From positions 434,001 to 498,000 of the forward strand of contig CAKKNE010000004.1 of assembly GCA_918797485.1 (NCBI GenBank): a stretch of DNA of 64,000 nt. Reading direction: 5' to 3'. Source of the DNA: Pelagomonas calceolata (lineage: Eukaryota). The translations under genes were made by a program, and so were the position numbers. The notes under the pieces are model-generated. The model was not told where the DNA came from. It made no database searches and saw only the letters and a list, made by a program, of their open reading frames with translations. Shown here piece by piece: positions 53,348 through 63,960 of the stretch. Positions within the stretch are counted from its first letter, which is position 1; each line of letters starts with the position of its first letter.

Positions 53348-55588
53348 TTAGTCCTCCGAAGACGGCACGAGCGCCTCGACGTACGCCCGGATCAAATCGT
53401 TCATCTCGCGGCCGTGCGGCGTCGCGAACTGGACCTTGGTATGAGATACTTCGTCGCCCTCGACGACGACGAAGGATGCGGACGAGTGGCCCCAGGTCAC
53501 GACGGAGCCGTAGGAGAAGGATTTGAGCACGGCCCGCGACGACGGATCGACCACTAGTAGTGAAGTCGCCGTCACCGCCAATACGACCTGTGACGGATAT
53601 TCCGTAGTTTTCGGCCTGGCCTCGAAGTAGGCGGCACCATACACCGGAATCGCTCTACAGGTGGAGACGTAGGCCCGCCTCGCGTCCTCGGGACTATAAC
53701 CCCGCAACTTTCCGTAAAGCTTCAAAACGCGCTGTTCCAATGAAGCAATCAGATCTCTGTCTGAACGAGCCGAGGGCGGCACATGGTCAGCTAGATGGCC
53801 CTGCACCACGCGCAACGAGTGGTCGTTCCGATCTCCGTATTGCTCTTGCAACGCTAGCGCGGCCAAGGTACAAGCTTCAGGCAAAGAACAGGGATACCGC
53901 TCGTCCAAAATATCTTGGCGCGCTTGCTGGTAGTGCAGCTCCTCCGCACAAGGTGATGACAGGGTATCCGTATAAAAGTACCTCACTTTATACATGAGCT
54001 TGTAGTGCGCCGACTTCCGCCTCTTTTTTTTATCCTGCAATTGCATGCGGTCCCAGTACGCCAGGACGTCCAAAACGCGTTCGTCGTCATCTAAACAGCG
54101 TTCTTGTAACGCCTCGTCGGAGACCTCAAACACTCTAAGACCATCCTGACGGGACACGCCGCCCAGCTCACTTCCAAGAGCGTCGGCCAAATCTAGGGCC
54201 GTGGTCCACGCATCTATTTTGATAGTGAGATGTCTCCCATCGACTAGATAGGCTCGCACCGGAATACCTTCGCCCTTTGAGGTAGCCTGCGCTTCGAGTA
54301 GAGTCGGTTTCTCTCTGCGACAACCAAGCTTCATGACTTGAGGTAAGGCGACCAAACACTTCTCCGCATAACTCGCGACACTTTGCGTGTAGTCCGCCGA
54401 CTCCTGGGTTGAGGACAAGTGTTCCCCGAAGTGCCAACCCACATGAGGTGCTAACTGCTCAGACGGGGGACACGTTGACAATACTGATAGCAGGAGTTCC
54501 CAGCCTCTGATAGCAGATTCGGAGGACGGATTCAAGGTCGTCTGCTTGACGAGCTGGCAGTACACTTCGTCGCGCAGCTCCTGCTTGCATCTCAACAACT
54601 GCCCGATGAGTTTCGTTCTATGACCATCTTTATTCTTCGAGGATGATCGGTCGCCCATGTACCCTGTCACGTTCCTATGAGCTTGTAACGCTTCAGCGAG
54701 TAGATCCGCGTCGCGGCAACAACTTTCCAGTAAAGCTAGCTTCATCGTCGCCCTCTTCCAGCGGCAGATCTTGTCGAGCTCCGTCCGCGCCTTGAACAGG
54801 CCCTTGCGGTGCATCTGGAAGTGGGCCTTGGCAAACGTGGGAAAGTCGTGGCCCTCGTAGTCCTGGGCTAGGGCGGGTACTGATGTACTGAGAGCGATGG
54901 AGTCGTTGTCTTCACTTTCAGATGATGTGGTGTCTAATGAGGTTCTTGTGACCGGTAGTGAAGGGGGCGTCGGTCTTTTCAATGGTGGCGACGCCGGTAA
55001 TGGGGGCGGCGGCACCGGGAGTGAGGGGCGCCGCGCGGGCGGCTCCGTGCGCGTAGGAGGCGCGGGCCCGCGGTAGTCGAGCTCCGTGCTCGACCGGCGC
55101 GCGGGGGGCTCCTTCATAATTGGTGGAGGCGGCACGTGGGCGACGACGTTCGGGGACACGCGCCGTTCCATTTTGGGGGACGTGCGCTCCGGCGACGACT
55201 TCGGGGGCGACGCCGGCGGCGAGGGCAGCGGCGCGAGCTTGCGCGGCTCTTCTTCGGGCTCGTCGAGGCGTCGCTCTTCCGGCTTCGTCCACGACGTCTC
55301 TCCAGTCACCGTGTGGTAGTAGTAGTCGCAGCCACTCGCGTCGTCGCGGCGCGTGCGCCACTCGCCCGCCTCCTCCTTCTCCACCTCCGGTGGCGTCCAG
55401 GACGTCTCTCTGGTACTTTCGTTGTAGTAGTAGGTCGCGCCGGTCGCCGGGTCGAGCCGCGACTGCCACTTGGGCGCTTGCGACGCCTCCGTCGGCCGCT
55501 CCCATCTTACATCATTTCCTCGCGCGTAGTAGGTCGCGCCCGTGGCCGGGTCGACGTGGGCGAGCCAGCCGCCGCCCGCATCGGTCAT
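53348..55588 (-). CDS. WW x3 - Pro-rich - MyTH4 - FERM protein
   Basis: Three WW motifs (W..H.DP.TG.TYY...W..P), MyTH4 (YMGD..LRDEVYCQLVKQTT.NP..GWELL) and FERM (L.ALALQ..YGD, YGAAYF). Confidence 0.9.
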   Translation of the reverse strand: MTDAGGGWLAHVDPATGATYYARGNDVRWERPTEASQAPKWQSRLDPATGATYYYNESTRETSWTPPEVEKEEAGEWRTRRDDASGCDYYYHTVTGETSWTKPEERRLDEPEEEPRKLAPLPSPPASPPKSSPERTSPKMERRVSPNVVAHVPPPPIMKEPPARRSSTELDYRGPAPPTRTEPPARRPSLPVPPPPLPASPPLKRPTPPSLPVTRTSLDTTSSESEDNDSIALSTSVPALAQDYEGHDFPTFAKAHFQMHRKGLFKARTELDKICRWKRATMKLALLESCCRDADLLAEALQAHRNVTGYMGDRSSSKNKDGHRTKLIGQLLRCKQELRDEVYCQLVKQTTLNPSSESAIRGWELLLSVLSTCPPSEQLAPHVGWHFGEHLSSTQESADYTQSVASYAEKCLVALPQVMKLGCRREKPTLLEAQATSKGEGIPVRAYLVDGRHLTIKIDAWTTALDLADALGSELGGVSRQDGLRVFEVSDEALQERCLDDDERVLDVLAYWDRMQLQDKKKRRKSAHYKLMYKVRYFYTDTLSSPCAEELHYQQARQDILDERYPCSLPEACTLAALALQEQYGDRNDHSLRVVQGHLADHVPPSARSDRDLIASLEQRVLKLYGKLRGYSPEDARRAYVSTCRAIPVYGAAYFEARPKTTEYPSQVVLAVTATSLLVVDPSSRAVLKSFSYGSVVTWGHSSASFVVVEGDEVSHTKVQFATPHGREMNDLIRAYVEALVPSSED

Positions 55589-55843
55589 CTTGGGCAGCCC
55601 CTGAGCCTTGTAAAAAGGCTGCCTTCGTCGCGCGGCGAAGCTGCCTCGGGCCTCTTTACCTATCGAGCTGCGCCGCGGCGTGCGTCGTCGCAGCGGCGGC
55701 GGCGACGGCGGGCCGGTTGGGCCGCGCGCGCCAAGCTCTGTGCCTTTTTGCTTTTTGGTCGTCGCCCCGCACGCGTGGCGCGCGAGACGTCGTCGACGCG
55801 ACCCGAGTGATACTAGACGCGGAGAGAAAGTCACAATACGTTA

Positions 55844-56875
55844 TTACACGAGGCCCACGCCCGCGCGCTCGCTCGACCGCGTCCGCGTCAGCGGCGACGC
55901 GAGTGGCTCCTCGTCGGCCGCAATGCATCGTGGCCGCGCGGGGAACGTCTCGTGGCGCCAGGCCATTCCTAGTAGCACGACGCCGACACCACATAATACG
56001 AGAGACACGGCCAGCGCGGCTCTGAGAGCCGCTGCATGAGCCCACCGAAAGTCCAACGCACTGACAGCTAATACCACCCAGACGTCGCAGCCCGCGTGCG
56101 ACGCCACGAGGAAGGGAAAGCCGAAGGGGTGGCGCTCTCCCAGCCACGTCCAGCATCGACCCGCGAACACCAGTGCGGAAAAGACCACCACAGCGGGTAC
56201 GAAACCGGCGACGACGTAGCCAACCACCCCATGGAAGCTGCCGAAGTAGACCGCCGCGAGCAGACGGCTCGCCTCGGTCTGGTCCGTCGCATCTAGCAAC
56301 CCGCGCCGCCGCCGCCGCGGCGAGGCCTCGTCCTCGTCCGTCTCGTCCTCGGTCGTCGAGACCTCGTCGCTTTCGCGGCGGCCGCCGAGCTGCTTCCCGA
56401 GCTCCGCATGTATATACCCCCTCCAAAATAACTCCTCGACGAGCGGATTCACGGTGCAAAACCAAACTCCCATGAAGACCAGAAACGCATCTCTCATCGT
56501 CGAACCCAGCACCAATCCGCGCTCCGCCGTTCCGTCCCGGATGGCCTTCTCTATTCCCAGCAGTTTTAGAGGTTTTTGGAACATGGTCAGATAAATAAAA
56601 AACCCGCCGAAGCCCACGGCACACAACGTCCCGGTCGTGGCCTGCACGCAGGTCGTCCACTTCCGCGGCTTCGTTAATGATCTTCCTAATCTTTCCACTG
56701 CCTTTATGCCTGTGCTCTCTCGTCTTAGACGTCGTGTGAGGATCGGTCCTCCAACTAAAACGAGTTCGTAGAGCGCCACGGCCAGGAAGACATTTTTTTG
56801 TATTGATAATGCGTAGTAGACGACGAGGCACGGTAGTAACGCATTGACGTGCACCAAGTAGTCGGCTGGCTCCAT
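55844..56875 (-). CDS. CAAX protease-like (CPBP/Abi) membrane metalloprotease
   Basis: NPLVEELFWRG, FGSFH and SHAGCD with TM segments. Confidence 0.85.
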   Translation of the reverse strand: MEPADYLVHVNALLPCLVVYYALSIQKNVFLAVALYELVLVGGPILTRRLRRESTGIKAVERLGRSLTKPRKWTTCVQATTGTLCAVGFGGFFIYLTMFQKPLKLLGIEKAIRDGTAERGLVLGSTMRDAFLVFMGVWFCTVNPLVEELFWRGYIHAELGKQLGGRRESDEVSTTEDETDEDEASPRRRRRGLLDATDQTEASRLLAAVYFGSFHGVVGYVVAGFVPAVVVFSALVFAGRCWTWLGERHPFGFPFLVASHAGCDVWVVLAVSALDFRWAHAAALRAALAVSLVLCGVGVVLLGMAWRHETFPARPRCIAADEEPLASPLTRTRSSERAGVGLV

Positions 56876-57243
56876 TGATGTGTTTGCTTGCGCTGTGTAT
56901 CCCAGATGGAGGTGTGTGCCGTAAAAATACGGGGCTCGCGCGGGGCGCGCGTGGTGCGGCGGGCTGGCTGGCTGTCCGAACGGGTCCTGCGCGTGTAGCC
57001 AAGGGCCAAAGGGCTACGAGCGAGGCGCACAGCCTGATTTACGCCAAAGCGCATGCTTCCTAGTGCCTTAGTGCGCTAGCTGATTACGAGAGCATCGGCA
57101 TCTTTGACAGGCTCAGAAGCTCCGCCTCGCAGTCTTTTGAACCTCACGTCTCGTACAGCCCGTTGCCATATATTTCTACGCGCACACGAAGCGTGGTTCG
57201 AGTCAAATCGCCCCAGATCCTGCGAAATACGACCGGAACGCGA

Positions 57244-57804
57244 ATGGCCCGCTTCTTGGCACTCGTTGGCGCCGCTGCGGCCCTGCGACCACATACACGC
57301 CTCTACGCAGAACCCGCAAAAGGACCAGGCATCCAGGTGCCTAGAAACGTCCTAGGAGGCGACCTCGAATGCTGCTGCGCCGACGTAAGGGGAAGCGGCA
57401 TCGGCACGGGCTTCTATAGGGACGGCCACTGCTCGACCGGCCAAGACGACGAGGGCCGGCACACGGTCTGCATCGAGGCGACTAAAGAGTTCCTCGAATT
57501 CTCGGCGAGCGTGGGCAACGACCTCAGTACTCCCAATCCGCAGTGGATGTTTCCGGGCGTCATGCCGGGCGACCAGTGGTGCCTCTGCGCCGCGAGATAT
57601 GCTCAAGCAGTACAAGCGGGCAAGCAGCCGAAGGTGCACCTCGCGCGCACCCACGAACGGACGTTGGATCACGTCCCGCTCGAGGTGCTGCTCGAGAACG
57701 GCGTCGACGCCGACGCCGCGCGTGCTACTTTAGAGTCCGTCGACGAGCAGCGCCAGGCGCTCGAAGGGCTCTTTTCTCGGGTCGCGAACCCCGGTGAGGA
57801 GTAA
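57244..57804 (+). CDS. DUF2237 family protein
   Basis: NVLGGDL..C, TGFYRDGHC, D.G.H.VC, GNDLSTP, PG..PGD.WCLCA.R and THE..L. Confidence 0.88.
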   Translation: MARFLALVGAAAALRPHTRLYAEPAKGPGIQVPRNVLGGDLECCCADVRGSGIGTGFYRDGHCSTGQDDEGRHTVCIEATKEFLEFSASVGNDLSTPNPQWMFPGVMPGDQWCLCAARYAQAVQAGKQPKVHLARTHERTLDHVPLEVLLENGVDADAARATLESVDEQRQALEGLFSRVANPGEE

Positions 57805-57825
57805 ATCGATCAATTGTGTGACACA

Positions 57826-58965
57826 TTAATTAGACAACATGAAGCTTTCGTTTGCCGGCCCGGCCGACCGCACCCACAGGTCATTGAACCGGAGCCCGCC
57901 GCCCGCGCGCCGTCGCAGGAAAAACGCTATTTTGGACGCGCAGTCGGCGACCGCTCGCTTCGGCGAGCACCTTCGTTCCGCGCGGACGCACACGGAATCG
58001 TTGGAAGCCACGACGACGAACCGGGCCAGCTCGCCCTCGACCAACGGTTCTTCCAGAGACTCGCCAATAATAGGAAAGGAAACGCCGTCGACCGTCGCCG
58101 CATGCGTACCAATAACCTTCAACGCGGCGATGAGGTCGCCGCTACTATCGGCGTTGAACCGTCGCGTGCATTCCTCGTCCTTGAATAAACACACAAGAGA
58201 CGTGTGGCCGCACGCGTAGTGGCCCTGCTTGTGGTAGAACAGAAGTCCATCTCGCAGGTAAGGTAACGGCGCCCGATAGGCTTTTGCGAGACCTTGCCGG
58301 TCGCAGTCGAAGTACGGCGCTACTTCCAGCTTGAATTCGTCCTCGTCACAGGCTTCCTGTTGACACTCGGCGAGCTTCGTCCGCAACCAGTAAAATCGAA
58401 ATTCTGCGGCACAGGTGTACAGGTCGTAGCCGCCCCAGCACATGCAATCCGTAATAATGTATGTTGAGGAGTGCTCGACGAAGACGCAATCGAGGATCGT
58501 TTGTGGTTTATGTTTTGTCCTTGTAGATCCACCGGGTAAACAATCACAAGTGAACTGGTGTAGTCTATCCCCAGAAGTCTGTCTGGTATCGACCTTGCCC
58601 TTCGAGGCTACGAGGACGACTCTTCGACCCTCCGGTCTAGGCATACAAAACCAGCCCTCAGATGTATTGGTACCGTTTAGATCGTCCGGTATATCACATA
58701 ACCAATCATAGCTACAAAGCTCGCCGGACCAGCGCTCGGCTCGTTGTCTCGCTTCGTCGAAGGCTCGTTGCTTTTTTCTTTGCGCTTTCGTGAGCTGTTG
58801 ATCCACTTCTATCTGTGGCTCAGGCTCGAGCGCGCGGAAGCGGTTCGAGCGGTCGCTCCTTGCGTCCTTCTGCCGTTTCAGCGCTTCTTTTCGACGTCGT
58901 TCCTGGTGGAGCTCGAGGCGCGCGCTCGTGCGGTGCTGGGCGGCTCTTGCCTCTAGCGCTGACAT
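57826..58965 (-). CDS. SNUPN: Snurportin-1
   Basis: IBB-like QERRRKEALKRQK, WL.DIP.DL, W...RPEG.R..V, TILDC.F, EFRFYWL and DGLLFYHK..HY. Confidence 0.9.
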   Translation of the reverse strand: MSALEARAAQHRTSARLELHQERRRKEALKRQKDARSDRSNRFRALEPEPQIEVDQQLTKAQRKKQRAFDEARQRAERWSGELCSYDWLCDIPDDLNGTNTSEGWFCMPRPEGRRVVLVASKGKVDTRQTSGDRLHQFTCDCLPGGSTRTKHKPQTILDCVFVEHSSTYIITDCMCWGGYDLYTCAAEFRFYWLRTKLAECQQEACDEDEFKLEVAPYFDCDRQGLAKAYRAPLPYLRDGLLFYHKQGHYACGHTSLVCLFKDEECTRRFNADSSGDLIAALKVIGTHAATVDGVSFPIIGESLEEPLVEGELARFVVVASNDSVCVRAERRCSPKRAVADCASKIAFFLRRRAGGGLRFNDLWVRSAGPANESFMLSN

Positions 58966-59333
58966 AGCGGCGACGGCGTGAGGCACAGCTTGACCAGCCC
59001 TGCTATATATTTGCGCACACAGATACGGCAATTCGCTTTCGCAGCCAAGTTCGATCGATAGATAACTCACACAGGCAAGATATCTATTGATCAAGCACTG
59101 CGCTTAGGCCTTTTTTGCTCGGCGGGTGAGCCGGTGCTAGCGTCCTGTAAGACACTAGCAAAAAACCGACACTCGGCAGCGCCGCACCTGGTGCACAGCC
59201 GAGGCCACAGACGTCGCGCGGACGACGACCAGCAGCAGCCACGCCGTCGGCGCGCCCCCACAGCGCGGCCGGCAGCCAGTGAGGACCAGTTCCACAGCCC
59301 CAGTGAGGCGGGCAGCCTCCAGCATCGTCAAAG

Positions 59334-61187
59334 ATGCAAAATGACACGGCCTTCCAGATGGTCCACCGCGACGGCAAGATCTACCGCAAGGGCACGAAGA
59401 TGTACCCGAACTTGGACCGGTACCATGGCGAGTTCATCCAGGGGAGACGGGAAGGTTTAGGGTTACTTACCTATGCGAATGGTAATACCTACGACGGCGA
59501 GTGGATCAACAACCTGTTCCACGGTCATGGGGTGTTTTCTTCCGTTGATTTTATGAATGTTGCACCGGGCATACCGCACACGGGTCAACGGTACGAGGGC
59601 GCCTACGAATATGGTCGTAAACATGGCAAAGGCATCCAGCATCTACAAGATGGGTCGGTGTACGACGGCGAATTCAAGAACAACTTGTTTCATGGCGAAG
59701 GCGTGCTAAAGACGAAGAAAGGAGACAAGTTGATGGGTGTGTTTGAGAGGGGCAAGATCTCTGGGAGTGGTAAAATCCAATTCGCCAATGGCGATAGTTA
59801 TGATGGCCAATTGCAGGGTGGCCGCTTCCACGGCAAGGGCAAATTCATTTATAATGGGGGAGGTACGTATGACGGTCACTACAAGCACGGCGAGTTTCAC
59901 GGAGAAGGGACGCGAGTGTTCAGTAATGGCTCCGTATACAGTGGTAATTTTGTAAGTGGCATGCAGGAAGGCGAAGGCATGCTCCACAAGGCGAACAATG
60001 ACCAGTACGTGGGCATGTGGTACCGGGACCTACCGGAGGGGAGGGGCGTGTTGATGTATGGCCATGGCGACCGCTTCGAAGGTTTATTTAGTGGTGGTAT
60101 GTTTTGTGGGAGAGGTCGATATACGTGGAGTGATGGTGGTTTTTATGAAGGTCAGTATCAGGATAAGGGTCGGCAGAAGGCTTCCAAAAGTAGTGGTTTG
60201 AGGAACGGCTTTGGCGTACGATGGTGGGTCAGTGGGAATATGTATGAAGGCGAGTGGTGTAATGATAAAATGGAAGGTACGGGGAAGTTTGTTACTGCCG
60301 ATAACGGTCCCACGTATACGGGTCAATTCAAGGACAATAGGAAGCATGGACAAGGTAGGGAGCAGTGGGGGAATCAACTCGGTGTTGATTATTGTTGCGG
60401 CATGGGCTTCAAGCATAAGGGTCGCGGGTTCTGTCGCTATGAAGGTAGTTATAAGAACGATCAGTTTGATGGCCGAGGGTACTTTGTTTGTATTGACGGT
60501 CGATCTTACGAGGGCGAGTGGAGTCAAGGGAAAAGATGTGGGTTTGGAAGACAGGTGTTGTGTCCGGCTGTGGAGCGGGGGGATGCTACACGATGTAACA
60601 TAGGGGGCAACAACGGCTTGTATCGACCTCTCAAATATGTCGGTGGTTGGCAGGACGATAAACGGCAAGGACATGGGTTGTTGGAGCGGATGGACGGCTC
60701 GACGCTCGAAGGGCTGTTCGTCGAGGGGTTCATAGATGGTTCTGTTACGATAACATATGCAGATGGAAGGAAGGACACGGCGCTGTATGAACGAGGTTCT
60801 AGAATAGGATGGACCGATCAGAAGCAACACACGTCCACCAGAAACTGGGCCGACACGGGTATTGATCGGGATCTGTATCGAGAAGTAGGGCGGTCGGCGT
60901 CGCCCTGGACGCTTACTGGTAGAATGCGCGAGGCGGATCTGTCGTGGTTACCTTTGGCCGTGAAGCAGCGCCGGTTGCAGTTCGAGCGGAGAAGGCTGAA
61001 GGGTCGTTTGAAGTTGCTGGGGCGGTCGTTGGGCCAGGTGAAGACGGCGGAGTTGGACATGGACGCGGTCGAGCGGAACCGCGACGTCGTCCATCAGCGG
61101 GAGCAGGCGCGGCGGGCGAGTCTTGAAGAGAGGGACGCGGACTACGACAAGCGGGCCTGGGCGTCGATGTACAACCCGGGGGAGTAA
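59334..61187 (+). CDS. MORN-repeat protein
   Basis: Many YxGxWxxGxxHGxG repeats. Confidence 0.92.
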   Translation: MQNDTAFQMVHRDGKIYRKGTKMYPNLDRYHGEFIQGRREGLGLLTYANGNTYDGEWINNLFHGHGVFSSVDFMNVAPGIPHTGQRYEGAYEYGRKHGKGIQHLQDGSVYDGEFKNNLFHGEGVLKTKKGDKLMGVFERGKISGSGKIQFANGDSYDGQLQGGRFHGKGKFIYNGGGTYDGHYKHGEFHGEGTRVFSNGSVYSGNFVSGMQEGEGMLHKANNDQYVGMWYRDLPEGRGVLMYGHGDRFEGLFSGGMFCGRGRYTWSDGGFYEGQYQDKGRQKASKSSGLRNGFGVRWWVSGNMYEGEWCNDKMEGTGKFVTADNGPTYTGQFKDNRKHGQGREQWGNQLGVDYCCGMGFKHKGRGFCRYEGSYKNDQFDGRGYFVCIDGRSYEGEWSQGKRCGFGRQVLCPAVERGDATRCNIGGNNGLYRPLKYVGGWQDDKRQGHGLLERMDGSTLEGLFVEGFIDGSVTITYADGRKDTALYERGSRIGWTDQKQHTSTRNWADTGIDRDLYREVGRSASPWTLTGRMREADLSWLPLAVKQRRLQFERRRLKGRLKLLGRSLGQVKTAELDMDAVERNRDVVHQREQARRASLEERDADYDKRAWASMYNPGE

Positions 61188-61325
61188 TGTGTGCTTTTTG
61201 TTTTTTTCTAGTGTGTTACTGATGCTAGCTTCATGTTTTTGCGCCTCAATTTGCTTGGTGGACGAGCGCCGCTTCCCACAACTGCGCACGCACGATTCGG
61301 CCTTTCTGCACGTTAGAATTGGCAA

Positions 61326-62207
61326 ATGGTGGCCACGCGCACTGCCAGGCGCGCGGCCCACAACCGTAGCCTCCCATTTCTGGCGCTGTGGTCGCGAGAC
61401 GATGTGACCGACTCGGTGGTGGATTTTCTGCCGACGCCGACCATCGCGGTGCTTCCAATAGTTGCCAAGCCACTCCGCGCCGCGCAGCAGCGCGTGCTCC
61501 TCACAGCAATAAGACGGCGCGGCAAGACCGCGCCGAGCCCGCCGACGACGCAAGCGTGCCTCGAAGTACTTGGTCTCCCTTATCTCTGCGAGAAGTGGGA
61601 GCGAGGGCTGGAACAATGGAGAGTGGAGCACAGTGCTGCGTACACCGTGAAACCATTCCGCGGCGGTGGATCCTGTCTCGAGATCGTCAAGGGCAATTCT
61701 AGTATGGGTCCTGGAACAGGAGTACACCGAGGTCTTGCTCGCGACATTGACGGCGAGAATCTGCTGGTGACACGGTTCCGGGTGACAGTGAGCCTCGGGA
61801 ATCAAACTGACGCCGTGGGCTACGTATTGCTCTGCGGTCCTGGAGGGGATTTCTTCGATTCCATGGGCGGCGTGAGATTCGACAAAGACCGTTTAACGGG
61901 AGTACAGACACTCGTTTGGTGTAGTTTCAGAGGAGGAACACGGGACCTCTGCAATGCGAAGTCCAACAGGCCATACACCGTCGATGCGATCTTTCATCAT
62001 GAATCGGCGACTACGAACCGCGGCTCGGTCGACATTTCCGTCAACGGGCGACCGGTCGTTACGGGGCTGGCAGTCAATTACAAGCCCCTCTCGTCGATCA
62101 GTGTCTACAACTTTTCCGGTGGAAGATGTGAGATCGGAGAAATCGAGGTGTGGTACAAGGTGGCTGAAGCAAATCAGATGTGGGATGAATACGCCCCCAT
62201 CCTATGA
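61326..62207 (+). CDS. Hypothetical protein with possible F-box-like N-terminus
   Basis: 293-aa ORF; LWSRDDVTDSVVDFLP..L..VAK.LR, followed by a beta-rich domain. Confidence 0.55.
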   Translation: MVATRTARRAAHNRSLPFLALWSRDDVTDSVVDFLPTPTIAVLPIVAKPLRAAQQRVLLTAIRRRGKTAPSPPTTQACLEVLGLPYLCEKWERGLEQWRVEHSAAYTVKPFRGGGSCLEIVKGNSSMGPGTGVHRGLARDIDGENLLVTRFRVTVSLGNQTDAVGYVLLCGPGGDFFDSMGGVRFDKDRLTGVQTLVWCSFRGGTRDLCNAKSNRPYTVDAIFHHESATTNRGSVDISVNGRPVVTGLAVNYKPLSSISVYNFSGGRCEIGEIEVWYKVAEANQMWDEYAPIL

Positions 62208-62406
62208 GTAAGTATGTGCAACGCGTGCTAGCGGCATGTAAGACACTAGCAAAAAAAGCGCTGTGGCGCAGCGCAAAAGCTGGGCCGTGCCTGTGCCACA
62301 CCGGCAGGGGAACGCAGAGAGAGGCAGCCCCGCCCGGCGGCACGCCGTCGCAGGCAAGGGCAGCCCCGCGCGCGGTCGCGCTGCGCCGCGCCATCGCAGA
62401 AACACA

Positions 62407-63960
62407 ATGGACCAATTTGTTGTGGTGGACCAATTGGGCGCCGGCGCCTTCGGGCGAGCTTTGTTATGCAGAGACAAGTCGACGCGCGAGTTCGTCGTGA
62501 TCAAAGAAATAAGGTGCGCGGACAAGGCCGCGCGGGACGAAGCTAGACGGGAGGCGGAACTGCTGCGGAAGCATTCGCATCCTAATGTGTGCCGCTTGAT
62601 AGCGTCCTTTTCAAGTGATGAGCAGAAGCGCTTCTATCTCGTGCTGGAGCACTGCGACGGCGGCGACCTGAGCCAAGCTATTAGTAAAAGAAGATCAGAA
62701 AGACGACCGTATCCGGAGCACGAAGCAGCTTCAATATTTGTCATGATCACATTGGCACTGAGGCATGTGCATGCGAGACGCATCGTCCATCGCGACGTGA
62801 AGGCTGCCAACGTTTTTCTGACAAAGAAAGGCGTGGCCAAGCTTGGTGATTTTGGAGTTTCGAGACAACTGGACGTGTCCGGTGGCGGCGCGACGCAGTT
62901 GGCTTCCACCAGAATCGGCACGCCCTACTACTTGGCGCCGGAGATCTTCGAAGGGAAACCCTATGGGAGAAGTGCGGACGTCTGGTCGCTTGGCGTGCTG
63001 TTTTACGAGATTCTGGTGCTGCGGATGCCCTTCGAGGCTAACTCGCTCGCCGCCTTATGTGTAAAGATCACGCAGTCGAGAGCTCCCAACGTCATCGGGT
63101 ACTCGGCGGCGTGCGCCGAGCTCGTCGCGTCATTACTGCATAAGAACGCGGAGAAACGACCACTCACCGATGCCTTGGTTAAAGACGCGTACGTGCGCAA
63201 GCACATGCCCAGCGCCGTCGCGGCGGCGCGTTCGACTCGTATCAATGCCAATGACACGACTCAAGACGACACCACTGATGAAGAGGACGTTGTGGAGACT
63301 GTGATCACGAAGCGCGTCGAGGACATGCTGCCGGCGGGGTTGGGGGCCGAGTACGCTAGATGTAGGGCCGAAGCTTTACGGAACCGGCGGCACCAGGAAG
63401 GGGATCCTGCCGAGGCGCCCTCGCCGCGACGAACCGCGAGGCGGAACCAGGCCTTGGCCTTGCAACGAGATTATGAGGCGCGCCAGAAGGAGTTGCAACA
63501 AGCGGCGTCGCAGCAGTACCGCGAGAACCGGCGCTTCCGCGCCGCGCGCGTCCGCGAGGAGCGCGAGCGGATTGTTAGTGGAGGCTGCGCGGACGACGTC
63601 GTCGAGGTGGCCGCGGACCCGCGTGATTATCGGGAGAAGCTCGCGGACCAGTACCGCGAGAACCGGGCCAAGGCCCGAAGTTACGAGCGCCGCGCACGCG
63701 ACGACTTACAAGGCCCGTGCGTCGACCTGCGCGGCGCGGCGCGCGGCGCGGCGAACCTCGAGAAGCGCATGCGGGAAAAACGGGAGAAGGAGGCCCATGA
63801 TCGGGACTTGAGGGATGCGCTCGCGGAAGAAGCGGCCCGCTACCAGGCGGAAGCGCGCCACGCGAAGCAGGCGGTGGCACTGGACTTCACGGAGGCGCCT
63901 CGACGAAAGCCCCCGCGGCGCCTCTTGCGTTCGATTCCTCCTGAGGAGGGCGCGGATTAA
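62407..63960 (+). CDS. NIMA-related (NEK) Ser/Thr kinase with coiled-coil tail
   Basis: GAGAFG, VIKEI, HPN, EHCDGGDL, HRDVKAANVFL, KLGDFG, GTPYYLAPE and DVWSLG. Confidence 0.92.
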   Translation: MDQFVVVDQLGAGAFGRALLCRDKSTREFVVIKEIRCADKAARDEARREAELLRKHSHPNVCRLIASFSSDEQKRFYLVLEHCDGGDLSQAISKRRSERRPYPEHEAASIFVMITLALRHVHARRIVHRDVKAANVFLTKKGVAKLGDFGVSRQLDVSGGGATQLASTRIGTPYYLAPEIFEGKPYGRSADVWSLGVLFYEILVLRMPFEANSLAALCVKITQSRAPNVIGYSAACAELVASLLHKNAEKRPLTDALVKDAYVRKHMPSAVAAARSTRINANDTTQDDTTDEEDVVETVITKRVEDMLPAGLGAEYARCRAEALRNRRHQEGDPAEAPSPRRTARRNQALALQRDYEARQKELQQAASQQYRENRRFRAARVREERERIVSGGCADDVVEVAADPRDYREKLADQYRENRAKARSYERRARDDLQGPCVDLRGAARGAANLEKRMREKREKEAHDRDLRDALAEEAARYQAEARHAKQAVALDFTEAPRRKPPRRLLRSIPPEEGAD

